This document shows, one piece after another, positions 1-13,400 of a stretch of 64,000 nucleotides of DNA (the first letter of the stretch is position 1; every line of letters starts with the position of its first letter). Origin of the DNA: Heterodontus francisci (lineage: Eukaryota). A program made the position numbers and the translations under genes. The notes beneath the pieces were generated by a model. The model made no database searches. It was not told where the DNA came from and saw nothing but the letters and a program-made list of their open reading frames with translations. Where the stretch lies: contig NC_090399.1 in NCBI RefSeq assembly GCF_036365525.1, positions 66,582,862-66,646,861 of the forward strand. Direction: 5' to 3'.

Positions 1-790
1 GTATTCCTGTGAGGATTGAAAGATTGTGACCAATGCCCCTGCTGTTTCTACATTTGCATCTTTCAGTAACCTCGGATGCATTCCATCCGGACGGGTGACT
101 TTCCTGACTGTGACATTAATCTTTAATAAAGATCGATGCAGAGTGCTCGTTTTGTAGCTGTGCCCTGCCCTCTGACTCCATATGATGATCTCCTTTTCAG
201 TCCCTAACTGGCTCCATCCTTCCTCAATTACCCCCTTTACTACTTGTATGTTTATAAAACTAATCCACTGGGTCAGATTCCTTTTCAACTCCCTGAAATT
301 AGCCCTCCTCCAGTTGAATAATTACAAGCTTGATTTTGCCGTGTCTATTTCTGTAAAGCCGATGATATTGTGATCACTATTGCCCAAATGCGCCCCCACT
401 GAAACATTCCCCACTTCATTCCCTCGGACTCGATCCAGCACTGCTTCCTTCCTCATTGGGCTGGAAACATACTGATCAAGAATGATCTCCTGTGCACATT
501 TCAGGAATTCCTCCCCTTCTGTCCTTCACACTGTTACTATCCCAGTCTATATTTGGATATCACCACTGTACATTTCTTGCACCTTTCTGCAATTTGCTCC
601 TGTAACACCTTCCCGCTATTTGGTGACCTGTACTGTACACCCAGCAGTGAAATCGCTCCTCTATTTGTCTTTAACTCTATCCAATTAGATTATGTCTTTG
701 AATCCTCCAGCACATCACCTCTTTCCAGTGCTGTAACAATATTTTTGATCAATACCGTCACCCCGTCTTTCCTTTCCTAGAAACCTCCTA
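1..790 (-). mobile_element. Degenerate CR1-type LINE ORF2 fragment (APE endonuclease and linker region) in the intron upstream of the TM exon
   Basis: Minus-strand translation gives CR1 ORF2-like pieces with stops and frameshifts: LLGVQYRSPNS, EEFLKCAQEIILDQYVSSPMRKEAVLD, HLGNSDHNII, NWRRANF, and PDGMHPRLLKD near the window start. Boundaries approximate. Confidence 0.8.
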
Positions 791-1140
791 CCTCCCATCA
801 CTCCACTACCAATGAGTCTATTCTGAGTCTGATGTGGGGATGAATCACTCGTGTAGGTGACTGGAAATGTCTTTGGAATGATGTGGAATTCCAATATCTG
901 CAGACAAGCAACCCCTGCATTTATTTATCTCCTTTACTGCAGATAAACATCCCAAAGTGCTTCACAGGAGTGTAATCCAATGACACTGAAGCTTTCTAAC
1001 CTATAACATGCTCTGCTCAGACTGCCCATCACATCACAGACTCGAATCTCATTCAACCTCAGGCCCCGCTTTGGTACAATTGCTTCTGAAGGAGCAGTGA
1101 CTGTGGTTATTCATTCATCTCTTCCTCATTCCCCCCACAG

Positions 1141-1266
1141 ACGGGACATTCCGAGATACTCCAGGATCTCCAGAAGGGACAAATCTGGGTTTGATTGTTG
1201 GAATTGTTGTTGCTGCCGTCGCTGTGATTGCTCTTGTCATCGGTGCTGTTGTGTGGAAGAGGAGAG
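1141..1266 (+). CDS. Connecting-peptide/transmembrane exon of a type I membrane protein, most likely MHC class I heavy chain
   Basis: Acceptor cttcctcattccccccacAG (1139-1140) and donor GTaggg (1267). The 126-nt phase 1-1 exon encodes (x)GTFRDTPGSPEGTNLGLIVGIVVAAVAVIALVIGAVVWKRR: a ~23-aa hydrophobic helix followed by a WKRR stop-transfer. If the upstream exon ends in G the first residue is D, fitting the W|DG junction after class I alpha3 domains. Too short for the ORF track. Confidence 0.8.
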
Positions 1267-1425
1267 GTAGGGAATGAGGGCAGAATCTGTCACTCTCGGG
1301 TATGAGCAGCTTAAAATATTACAGCACAAGGTCAGAACATTAGACACTTCACTACACAGGTGGGAAACTCACATACAGCCCAGTGATGGACAGGGAGTGA
1401 GGGGACTGGGAGAATGGGATAGGGA

Positions 1426-4400
1426 GTGAGCTGTTTGTAACTGATGTTCCCCCTGTGTGTGTACAGTAAGTTTGTGTGGGTGAGGGGGGGTGAGCTGTTT
1501 GTCACTGAAGTTCCCCCTGTGTGTGTACAGTAAGTTTGTGTGGGTGAGGGGGGAGGGGGGAGCTGTTTGGAACTGAAGTTCCCCCTATGTGTGTACAGTA
1601 AGTTTGTGTGGGTGAGGGGGGGTGGGGTGAGCTGTTTGTAACTGAAGTTCCCCCTGTGTGTGGACAGTAAGTTTGTGTGGGTGAGGGGGGGGGGTGTGAG
1701 CTGTTTGTAACTGACGTTCCCCCTGTGTGTGTACAGTAAGTTTGTGTGGGTGAGGGGGGGGTGAGCTGTTTGTAACTGAAGTTCCCCCTGTGTGTGTACA
1801 GTAAGTTTGTGTGGGTGAGGGGGGGGTGAGCTGTTTGTAACTGAAGTTCCCCCTGTGTGTGTACAGTAAGTTTGTGTGGGTGAGGGGGGGGGGGGTGAGC
1901 TGTTTGTAACTGACGTTCCCCCTGTGTGTGTACAGTAAGTTTGTGTGGGTGAGGGGGGGGTGAGCTGTTTGTAACTGAAGTTCCCCCTGTGTGTGTACAG
2001 TAAGTTTGTGTGGGTGAGGGGGGGGAGTGAGCTGTTTGTAACTGAAGTTACCCCTGTGTGTGTACAGTAAGTTTCTGTGGGTGAGGGGGGGGGGGAAGTG
2101 AGCTGTTTGTAACTGAAGTTCCCCCTGTGTGTGTACAGTAAGTTTGTGTGGGTGAGGGTGCGGGGGGGTGGGGTGAGCTGTTTGTAACTGAAGTTCCCCC
2201 TGTGTGTGTACAGTAAGTTTGTGTGGGTGAGGGTGCGGGGGGTGGGGTGAGCTGTTTGTAACTGAAGTTCCCCCTGTGTGTGTACAGTAAGTTTGTGTGG
2301 GTGAGGGGGGGTGAGCTGTTTGTAACTGAAGTTCCCCATGTGTGTGTACAGTAAGTTTGTGTGGGTGAGGGTGCGGGGGGTGGGGTGAGCTGTTTGTAAC
2401 TGAAGTTCCCCCTGTGTGTGCACAGTAAGTTTGTGTGGGTGAGGTGGGTGGGGGGGGGGGTGAGCTGTTTGTAACTGAAGTTCTCCCTGTGTGTGTACAG
2501 TAAGTTTGTGTGGGTGAGGGGGGGGGGGTGGTGAGCTGTTTGTAACTGAAGTTCCCCCTGTGTGTGTACAGTAAGTTTGTGTGGGTGAGGGGGGGGGTGA
2601 GCTGTTTGTAACTGAAGTTCCCCCTGTGTGTGTACAGTAAGTTTGTGTGGGTGAGGGGGGGGGGGTGAGCTGTTTGTAACTGAAGTTCCCCCTGTGTGTG
2701 TACAGTAAGTTTGTGTGGGTGAGGGTGGGGGGGGGAGGGGTGAGCTGTTTGGAACTGAAGTTCCCCCTGTGTGTGCACAGTAAGTTTGTGTGGGTGAGGT
2801 GGGGGGGGGGGGTGGGTGAGCTGTTTGTAACTGAAGTTCCCCCTGTGTGTGTACAGTGAGTTTGTGTGGGTGAGGGGGGGGGGAGGTGAGCTGTTCGTAA
2901 CTGACGTTCCCCCTGTGTGTGTACAGTGAGTTTGTGTGGGTGAGGGGGGGGGTGAGCTGTTTGTAACTGAAGTTCCCCCTGTGTGTGTACAGTAAGTTTG
3001 TGTTGGTGAGGGGGGTGAGCTGTTTGTAACTGAAGATCCCCTGTGTGTGTACAGTAAGTTTGTGTGGGTGAGGGGGGGTGACCTGTTTGTAACTGAAGTT
3101 CCCCCTGTGTGTGTACAGTACGTTTGTGTGGGTGAGGGGGGGTGAGCTGTTTGTAACTGAAGTTCCCCCTGTGTGTGTACAGTAAGTTTGAGTGGGTGAG
3201 GGGGGGGGGGGGTGAGCTGTTTGAAACTGAAGTTCCCCCCGTGTGTGTACAGTAAGTTTGTGTGGGTGAGGGGGGGGGGGGTGAGCTGTTTGTAACTGAA
3301 GTTCCGCCTGTGTGTGTACAGTACGTTTGTGTGGGTGAGGGGGGGTGAGCTGTTTGTAACTGAAGTTCCCCATGTGTGTGTACAGTAAGTTTGTGTGGGT
3401 GAGGGTGTGGGGGGTGGGGGGTGAGCTGTTTGTAACTGAAGTTCCCCCTGTGTGTGTACAGTAAGTTTGTGTGGGTGAGGGGGGGGGGTGAGCTGTTTGT
3501 AACTGAAGTTCCCCCTGTGTGTGTACAGTAAGTTTGTGTGGGTGTGGGGGGGGGTGAGCTGTTTGTAACTGAAGTTCCCCCTGTGTGTGTACAGTAAGTT
3601 TGTGTGGGTGAGGGGGGGGGTGAGTTGTTTGTAACTGAAGTTCCCCCTGTGTATGCACAGTATGTTTGTGTGGGTGAGGGGGGGTGAGCTGTTTGTAACT
3701 GAAGTTCTTTCTGTGTGTGTACAGTAAGTTTGTGTGGGTGAGGGGGGGGGGGGGGGTGAGCTGTATGTGACTGAAGTTCCCCCTGTGTGTGAACAGTAAG
3801 TTTGTGTGGGTGAGGGGGGGGGGGGGGTGAGCTGTTTGTAACTGAAGTTCCCCCTGTGTGTGTACAGTAAGTTTGTGTGGGTGAGGGTGTGGGGGGGGGG
3901 GTGAGCTGTTTGTAACTAAAGTTCCCCTTGTGTGTGTACAGTAAGTTTGTGTGGGTGAGGGGGGGCGGTGAGCTGTTTGTAACTGAAGTTCCCCCTGTGT
4001 GTGTCCAGTACGTTTGTGTGGGTGAGGGGGGGTGAGCTGTTTGTAACTGAAGTTCCCCCTGTGTGTGAACAGTAAGTTTGTGTGGGTGAGGGGGGGGGAG
4101 GTGAGCTGTTTGTAACTGAAGTTCCCCCTGTGTGTGAACAGTAAGTTTGTGTGGGTGAGGGGGGGGGGGGGGTGAGCTGTTTGTCACTGAAGTTCCCCCT
4201 GTGTGTGTACAGTAAGTTTGTGTGGGTGAGGGGGGGTGAGCTGTTTGTAACTGAAGTTCCCCCTGTGTGTGTACAGTAAGTTTGTGTGGGTGAGGGGGGG
4301 GGGGGGTGAGCTGTTTGTAACTGAAGTTCCCCCTGTGTGTGAACAGTAAGTTTGTGTGGGTGAGGGGGGGGGGGTGAGCTGTTTGTCACTGAAGTTCCCC

Positions 4401-7400
4401 CTGTGTGTGTACAGTAAGTTTGTGTGGGTGAGGGGGGGTGAGCTGTTTGTAACTGAAGTTCCCCCTGTGTGTGTACAGTAAGTTTGTGTGGGCGAGGGGG
4501 GGTGAGCTGTTTGTAACTGAAGTTCCCCCTGTGTGTGCACAGTAAGTTTGTGTTGGTGAGGGGGGGGGGGGGTGAGGGAGCTGTTTGTGACTGAAGTTCC
4601 CCCTGTGTGTGTACAGTGAGTTTGTGTGGGTGAGGGGGGTGAGCTGTTTGTAACTGAAGTTCCCCCTGTGTGTGTACAGTAAGTTTGTGTGGGTGAGCGG
4701 GGGGTGAGCTGTTTGTAACTGAAGTTCCCCCTGTGTGTGTACAGTAAGTTTGTGTGGGTGAGGGGGGGTGAGCTGTTTGTAACTGAAGTTCACCCTGTGT
4801 GTGTACAGTAGGTTTGTGTGGGTGAGGGGGGTTGAGCTGTTTGTAACTGAATTTCCCCCTGTGTGTGTACAGTAAGTTTGTGTGGGTGAGGGGGGGGAGT
4901 GAGCTGTTTGTAACTGAAGTTCCCCCTGTGTGTGTACAGTAAGTTTCTGTGGGTGAGGGGAGGGGGGGAGTGAGCTGTTTGTAACTGAAGTTCCCCCTGT
5001 GTGTGTACAGTAAGTTTGTGTGGGTGAGGGTGCGGGGGGTGGGGTGAGCTGTTTGTAACTGAAGTTCCCCCTGTGTGTGTACAGTAAGTTTGTGTGGGTG
5101 AGGGTGCGGGGGGTGGGGTGAGCTGTTTGTAACTGAAGTTCCCCCTGTGTGTGTACAGTAAGTTTGTGTGGGTGAGGGGGGGGTGAGCTGTTTGTAACTG
5201 AAGTTCCCCCTGTGTGTGTACAGTAAGTTTGTGTGGGTGAGGGTGCGGGGGGTGGGGTGAGCTGTTTGTAACTGAAGTTCCCCCTGTGTGTGCACAGTAA
5301 GTTTGTGTGGGTGAGGTGGGGGTGGGGGGGGGGTGGTGAGCTGTTTGTAACTGAAGTTCCCCCTGTGTGTGTACAGTAAGTTTGTGTGGGTGAGGGGGGG
5401 TGAGCTGTTTGTAACTGAAGTTCCCCCTGTGTGTGTACAGTAAGTTTGTGTGGGTGAGGGGGGGGTGAGCTGTTTGTAACTGAAGTTCCCCCTGTGTGTG
5501 TACAGTAAGTTTGTGTGGGTGAGGGGTGGTGAGCTGTTTGTAACTGAAGTTCCCCCTGTGTGTGTACAGTAAGTTTGTGTGGGTGAGGGGGGGGGTGAGC
5601 TGTTTGTAACTGAAGTTCTCCCTGTGTGTGTACAGTAAGTTTGTGTGGGTGAGGGGGGGGGGGTGGTGAGCTGTTAGTAACTGAAGTTCCCCCTGTGTGT
5701 GTACAGTAAGTTTGTGTGGGTGAGGGGGGGTGAGCTGTTTGTAACTGATGTTCCCCCTGTGTGTGTACAGTAAGTTTGTGTGGGTGAGGGGGGTGGGGTG
5801 AGCTGTTTGGAACTGAAGTTCACCCTGTGTGTGCACAGTAAGTTTGTGTGGGTGAGGTGGGGGGGGGGTGAGCTGTTTGTAACTGAAGTTCCCCCTGTGT
5901 GTGTACAGTGAGTTTGTGTGGGTGAGGGGGGGGGGGGGGGGGTGAGCTGTTTGTAACAGAAGTTCCCCCTGTGTGTGCACAGTAAATTTGTGTTGGTGAG
6001 GGGGGTGAGCTGTTTGTAACTGAAGTTCCCCCTGTGTGTGTACAGTAAGTTTGTGTGGGTGAGGGGGGGTGAGCTGTTTGTAACTGAAGTTCCCCCTGTG
6101 TGTGTACAGTAAGTTTGTGTGGGTGAGTGGGGGGGGGGGTGGGGGTGAGCTGTTTGTAACTGAAGTTCCCCCTGTGTGTGTACAGTAAGTTTGTGTGGGT
6201 GAGGGGGGGGGGGGGGTGAGCTGTTTGAAACTGAAGTTCCCCCCGTGTGTGTACAGTAAGTTTGTGTGGGTGAGGGGGGGGGGGTGAGCTGTTTGTAACT
6301 GAAGTTCCGCCTGTGTGTGTACAGTACGTTTGTGTGGGTGAGGGGGGGTGAGCTGTTTGTAACTGAAGTTCCCCCTGTGTGTGTACAGTAAGTTTGTGTG
6401 GGTGAGGGGGGGGGTGAGCTGTTTGTAACTGAAGTTCCCCCTGTGTGTGTCCAGTACGTTTGTGTGGGTGAGGGGGGGTGAGCTGTTTGTAACTGAAGTT
6501 CCCCCTGTGTGTGTACAGAAAGTTTGTGTGGGTGAGGGGGGGGGGTGAGCTGTTTGTAACTGAGGTTCCCCCTGTGTGTGTACAGTAGGTTTGTGTGGGT
6601 GAGGGGGGGGGGGTAGGCTGTTTGTAACTGAAGTTCCCCCTGTGTGTGAACAGTAAGTTTGTGTGGGTGAGCGGGGGGGGGGGGTGGTGAGCTGTTTGTA
6701 ACTGAAGTTCCCCCTGTGTGTGTACAGTAGGTTTGTGTGGGTGAGGGGGGGGGTGAGCTGTTTGTAACTGAAGTTCCCCCTGTGTGTGAACAGTAAGTTT
6801 GTGTGGGTGAGGGGGGGGGGTGAGTTGTTTGTAACTGAAGTTCCCCCTGTGTGTGCACAGTAAGTTTGTGTGGGTGAGCGGGGGAAGGGGTGAGCTGTTT
6901 GTAACTGAAGTTCTTTCTGTGTGTGTACAGTAAGTTTGTGTGGGTGAGGGGGGGTGAGCTGTTTGTAACTGAAGTACCCCCTGTATGTGTACAGTAAGTT
7001 TGTGTGGGTGAGGGGGGGGGTGAGCTGTTTGTAACTGAAGTTCCCCCTGTGTGTGTACAGTACGTTTGTGTGGTTGAGGGGGGGTGAGCTGTTTGTAACT
7101 GAAGTTCCCCCTGTGTGTGTACAGTAAGTTTGTGTGGGTGAGGGGGGGTGAGCTGTTTGTAACTGAAGTTCCCCCTGTGTGTGTACAGTACGTTTGTGTG
7201 GGTGAGGGGGGGTGAGCTGTTTGTGACTGAAGTTCCCCCTGTGTGTGTACAGTAAGTTTGTGTGGGTGAGGGGGGGTGAGCTGTTTGTAACTGAAGTTCC
7301 CCCTGTGTGTGTACAGTACGTTTGTGTGGGTGAGGGGGGGTGAGCTGTTTGTGACTGAAGTTCCCCCTGTGTGTGTACAGTACGTTTGTGTGGGTGAGGG

Positions 7401-10400
7401 GGGGTGAGCTGCTTGTAACTGAAGTTCCTCCTGTGTGTGTACAGTAAGTTTGTGTGGGTGAGGGGGGGTGAGCTGTTTGTAACTGAAGTTCCCCCTGTGT
7501 GTGTACAGTAAGTTTGTGTGGGTGAGGGTGTGGGGGGGGGGGTGAGCTGTTTGTAACTGACGTTCCCCCTGTGTGTGTACAGTAAGTTTGTGTGGGTGAG
7601 GGGGGGTGAGCTGTTTGTAACTGAAGTTCCCCCTGTGTGTGTACAGTAATTTTGTGTTGGTGAGGGGGGGGGGGGGGGGGTGAGGGAGCTGTTTGTGACT
7701 GAAGTTCCCCCTGTGTGTGTACAGTAAGTTTGTGTGGGTGAGGGGGGGGGGGGGGTGAGCTGTTTGTAACTGAAGTTCCCCCTATGTGTGTACAGTAAGT
7801 TTGTGTGGGTGAGGGGGGGGTGAGCTGTTTGTAACTGAAGTTCCCCCTATGTGTGTACAGTAAGTTTGTGTGGGTGAGGGGGGGTGAGCTGTTTGTAACT
7901 GAAGTTCCTCCTGTGTGTGTACAGTAAGTTTGTGTGGGTGAGGGGGGGTGAGCTGTTTGTAACTGAAGTTCCCCCTGTGTGTGTACAGTGAGTTTGTGTG
8001 GGTGAGGGGGGGGGGGAGGTGAGCTGTTCGTAACTGACTTTCCCCCTGTGTGTGTACAGTGAGTTTGTGTGGGTGAGGGGGGGGGGGGGTGAGCTGTTTG
8101 TAACTGAAGTTCCCCCTGTGTGTGCACAGTAAGTTTGTGTTGGTGAGGGGGGTGAGCTGTTTGTAACTGAAGTTCCCCCTGTGTGTGTACAGTAAGTTTG
8201 TGTGGGTGAGGGGGGGTGAGCTGTTTGTAACTGAAGTTCCCCCTGTGTGTGTACAGTAAGTTTGTGTGGGTGAGTGGGGGGGGGGGGGGTGAGCTGTTTG
8301 TAACTGAAGTTCCGCCTGTGTGTGTACAGTACGTTTGTGTGGGTGAGGGGGGGTGAGCTGTTTGTAACTGAAGTTCCCCCTGTGTGTGTACAGTAAGTTT
8401 GTGTGGGTGAGGGGGGGGGGGGGTGAGCTGTTTGTAACTGAAGTTCCCCCTGTGTGTGTACAGTAAGTTTGTGTGGGTGAGGGGGGGGGGGGGTGAGCTG
8501 TTTGTAACTGAAGTTCCCCCTGTGTGTGTCCAGTACGTTTGTGTGGGTGAGGGGGGGTGAGCTGTTTGTAACTGAAGTTCCCCCTGTGTGTGTACAGAAA
8601 GTTTGTGTGGGTGAGGGGGGGGGGTGAGCTGTTTGTAACTGAGGTTCCCCCTGTGTGTGTACAGTAGGTTTGTGTGGGTGAGGGGGGGGGGGGTAGGCTG
8701 TTTGTAACTGAAGTTCCCCCTGTGTGTGAACAGTAAGTTTGTGTGGGTGAGCGGGGGGGGGGGTGGTGAGCTGTTTGTAACTGAAGTTCCCCCTGTGTGT
8801 GTACAGTAGGTTTGTGTGGGTGAGGGGGGGGGTGAGCTGTTTGTAACTGAAGTTCCCCCTGTGTGTGTACAGTAAGTTTGTGTGGGTGAGGGGGGGGGGT
8901 GAGTTGTTTGTAACTGAAGTTCCCCCTGTGTGTGCACAGTAAGTTTGTGTGGGTGAGCGGGGGAAGGGGTGAGCTGTTTGTAACTGAAGTTCTTTCTGTG
9001 TGTGTACAGTAAGTTTGTGTGGGTGAGGGGGGGTGAGCTGTTTGTAACTGATGTTCCCCCTGTATGTGTACAGTAAGTTTGTGTGGGTGAGGGGGGGGGG
9101 TGAGCTGTTTGTAACTGAAGTTCCCCCTGTGTGTGTACAGTACGTTTGTGTGGTTGAGGGGGGGTGAGCTGTTTGTAACTGAAGTTCCCCCTGTGTGTGT
9201 ACAGTACGTTTGTGTGGGTGAGGGGGGGTGAGCTGTTTGTGACTGAAGTTCCCCCTGTGTGTGTACAGTGCGTTTGTGTGGGTGAGGGGGGGTGAGCTGT
9301 TTGTAACTGAAGTTCCTCCTGTGTGTGTACAGTAAGTTTGTGTGGGTGAGGGGGGGTGAGCTGTTTGTAACTGAAGTTCCCCCTGTGTGTGTACAGTAAG
9401 TTTGTGTGGGTGAGGGTGTGGGGGGGGGGTGAGCTGTTTGTAACTGACGTTCCCCCTGTGTGTGTACAGTAAGTTTGTGTGGGTGAGGGGGGGTGAGCTG
9501 TTTGTAACTGAAGTTCCCCCTGTGTGTGTACAGTAAGTTTGTGTTGGTGAGGGGGGGGGGGGGTGAGGGAGCTGTTTGTGACTGAAGTTCCCCCTGTGTG
9601 TGTACAGTAAGTTTGTGTGGGTGAGGGGGGGGGGTGAGCTGTTTGTAACTGAAGTTCCCCCTATGTGTGTACAGTAAGTTTGTGTGGGTGAGGGGGGGGG
9701 GGGGTGAGCTGTTTGTAACTGAAGTTCCCCCTATGTGTGTACAGTAAGTTTGTGTGGGTGAGGGTGTGGGGGGGGGGGGGGTGAGCTGTTTGTAACTGAC
9801 GTTCCCCCTGTGTGTGTACAGTAAGTTTGTGTGGGTGAGGGGGGGGGGGGTGAGCTGTTTGTAACTGAAGTTCCCCCTGTGTGTGTACAGTAAGTTTGTG
9901 TGGGTGAGGGGGGGGGTTGAGCTGTTTGTAACTGAAGTTCCCCCTATGTGTGTACAGTAAGTTTGTGTGGGTGAGGGTGTGGGGGGGGGGGGGGTGAGCT
10001 GTTTGTAACTGACGTTCCCCCTGTGTGTGTACAGTAAGTTTGTGTGGGTGAGGGGTGGGGGGTGAGCTGTTTGTAACTGAAGTTCCCCCTGTTTGTGTAC
10101 AGTAAGTTTGTGTGGGTGAGGGGGGGTGAGCTGTTTGTAACTGAAGTTCCCCCTGTGTGTGTACAGTAAGTTTGTGTGGGTGAGGGGGGGTGAGCTGTTT
10201 GTAACTGAAGTTCCCCCTGTGTGTGTACAGTAAGTTTGTGTGGGTGAGGGGGGTTGAGCTTTTTATAACTGAATTTCCCCCTGTGTGTGTACAGTAAGTT
10301 TGTGTGGGTGAGGGGGGGGGAGTGAGCTGTTTGTAACTGAAGTTCCCCCTGTGTGTGTACAGTAAGTTTGTGTGGGTGAGGGGGGGTGAGCTGTTTGTAA

Positions 10401-13400
10401 CTGAAGTTCCCCCTGTGTGTGTACAGTAAGTTTGTGTGGGTGAGGGGGGTGGGGTGAGCTGTTTGGAACTGAGGTTCCCCCTGTGTGTGCACAGTAAGTT
10501 TGTGTGGGTGAGGTGGGGGGGGGGGGTGAGCTGTTTGTAACTGAAGTTCCCCCTGTGTGTGTACAGTGAGTTTGTGTGGGTGAGGGTGGGGGGGAGGTGA
10601 GCTGTTCGTAACTGACTTTCCCCCTGTGTGTGTACAGTGAGTTTGTGTGGGTGAGGGGGGGGGGTGGTGAGCTGTTTGTAACTGAAGTTCCCCCTGTGTG
10701 TGCACAGTAAGTTTGTGTTGGTGAGGGGGGTGAGCTGTTTGTAACTGAAGTTCCCCCTGTGTGTGTACAGTAAGTTTGTGTGGGTGAGGGGGGGTGAGCT
10801 GTTTGTAACTGAAGTTCCCCCTGTGTGTGTACAGTAAGTTTGTGTGGGTGAGGGGGGGGGGTGAGCTGTTTGTAACTGAAGTTCCCCCTGTGTGTGTACA
10901 GTAAGTTTGTGTGGGTGAGGGGGGGGGGGTGAGCTGTTTGTAACTGAAGTTCCCCCTGTGTGTGTCCAGTACGTTTGTGTGGGTGAGGGAGCTGTTTGTG
11001 ACTGAAGTTCCCCCTGTGTGTGTACAGTAAGTTTGTGTGGGTGAGGGGGGGGGTGAGCTGTTTGTAACTGAAGTTCCCCCTATGTGTGTACAGTAAGTTT
11101 GTGTGGGTGAGGGTGTGGGGGGGGGGGGGTGAGCTGTTTGTAACTGACGTTCCCCCTGTGTGTGTACAGTAAGTTTGTGTGGGTGAGGGGGGGGGGGGTG
11201 AGCTGTTTGTAACTGAAGTTCCCCCTGTGTGTGCACAGTAAGTTTGTGTTGGTGAGGGGGGTGAGCTGTTTGTAACTGAAGTTCCCCCTGTGTGTGTACA
11301 GTAAGTTTGTGTGGGTGAGGGGGGGTGAGCTGTTTGTAACTGAAGTTCCCCCTGTGTGTGTACAGTAAGTTTGTGTGGGTGAGGGGGGGGGGGTGAGCTG
11401 TTTGTAACTGAAGTTCCCCCTGTGTGTGTCCAGTACGTTTGTGTGGGTGAGGGGGGGGGGGGGGTGAGGGAGCTGTTTGTGACTGAAGTTCCCCCTGTGT
11501 GTGTACAGTAAGTTTGTGTGGGTGAGGGGGGGGGGTGAGCTGTTTGTAACTGAAGTTCCCCCTATGTGTGTACAGTAAGTTTGTGTGGGTGAGGGGGGGG
11601 GTGAGCTGTTTGTAACTGAAGTTCCCCCTATGTGTGTACAGTAAGTTTGTGTGGGTGAGGGTGTGGGGGGGGGGGGGGTGAGCTGTTTGTAACTGACGTT
11701 CCCCCTGTGTGTGTACAGTAAGTTTGTGTGGGTGAGGGGGGGGGGGTGAGCTGTTTGTAACTGAAGTTCCCCCTGTGTGTGTACAGTAAGTTTGTGTGGG
11801 TGAGGGGGGGGGTTGAGCTGTTTGTAACTGAAGTTTCCCCTATGTGTGTACAGTAAGTTTGTGTGGGTGAGGGTGTGGGGGGGGGGGGGGTGAGCTGTTT
11901 GTAACTGACGTTCCCCCTGTGTGTGTACAGTAAGTTTGTGTGGGTGAGGGGGGGGGGTGAGCTGTTTGTAACTGAAGTTTTCCCTGTGTGTGTCCAGTAC
12001 GTTTGTGTGGGTGAGGGGGGGTGAGCTGTTTGTAACTGAAGTTCCCCCTGTGTGTGTACAGTAAGTTTGTGTTGGTGAGGGGGGGGGGTGTGAGGGAGCT
12101 GTTTGTGACTGAAGTTCCCCCTGTGTGTGTACAGTAAGTTTGTGTGGGTGAGGGGGTGGGGGGGGTGAGCTGTTTGTAACTGAAGTTCCCCCTGTGTGTG
12201 TACAGTAAGTTTGTGTGGGTGAGGGGGGGTGAGCTGTTTGTAACTGAAGTTCCCCCTGTGTGTGTACAGTAAGTTTGTGTGGGTGAGGGGGGGTGAGCTG
12301 TTTGTAACTGAAGTTCCCCCTGTTTGTGTACAGTAAGTTTGTGTGGGTGAGGGGGGGTGAGCTGTTTGTAACTGAAGTTCCCCCTGTGTGTGTACAGTAA
12401 GTTTGTGTGGGTGAGGGGGGGTGAGCTGTTTGTAACTGAAGTTCCCCCTGTGTGTGTACAGTAAGTTTGTGTGGGTGAGGGGGGTTGAGCTTTTTATAAC
12501 TGAATTTCCCCCTGTGTGTGTACAGTAAGTTTGTGTGGGTGAGGGGGGGGGAGTGAGCTGTTTGTAACTGAAGTTCCCCCTGTGTGTGTACAGTAAGTTT
12601 GTGTGGGTGAGGGGGGGTGAGCTGTTTGTAACTGAAGTTCCCCCTGTGTGTGTACAGTAAGTTTGTGTGGGTGAGGGGGGTGGGGTGAGCTGTTTGGAAC
12701 TGAAGTTCCCCCTGTGTGTGCACAGTAAGTTTGTGTGGGTGAGGTGGGGGGGGGGGGTGAGCTGTTTGTTACTGAAGTTCCCCCTGTGTGTGTACAGTGA
12801 GTTTGTGTGGGTGAGGGGGGGGGGGAGGTGAGCTGTTCGTAACTGACTTTCCCCCTGTGTGTGTACAGTGAGTTTGTGTGGGTGAGGGGGGGGGGGTGAG
12901 CTGTTTGTAACTGAAGTTCCCCCTGTGTGTGCACAGTAAGTTTGTGTTGGTGAGGGGGGTGAGCTGTTTGTAACTGAAGTTCCCCCTGTGTGTGTACAGT
13001 AAGTTTGTGTGGGTGAGGGGGGGTGAGCTGTTTGTAACTGAAGTTCCCCCTGTGTGTGTACAGTAAGTTTGTGTGGGTAAGTGGGGGGGGGGGGGTGAGC
13101 TGTTTGTAACTGAAGTTCCCCCTGTGTGTGTACAGTAAGTTTGTGTGGGTGAGGGGGGGGGGGGGGGGTGAGCTGTTGGAAACTGAAGTTCCCCCCGTGT
13201 GTGTACAGTAAGTTTGTGTGGGTGAGGGGGGGGGGGGGGGGTGAGCTGTTTGTAACTGAAGTTCCGCCTGTGTGTGAACAGTAAGTTTGTGTGGGTGAGG
13301 GGGGTGGGGTGAGCTGTTTGGAACTGAAGTTCCCCCTGTGTGTGCACAGTAAGTTTGTGTGGGTGAGGTGGGGGGGGGGGGGGTGAGCTGTTTGTAACTG

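Noticed and set aside
182-780. Short + strand ORFs of 63-75 aa
   Set aside because: Antisense shadows of the decayed CR1 ORF2 fragment.
905-985. Possible old LINE/SINE 3'-tail remnant (cctgcatttattt...catcccaaagtgcttcacagg)
   Set aside because: Resembles a common shark repeat end from memory only; too short and degenerate to assign without a search.
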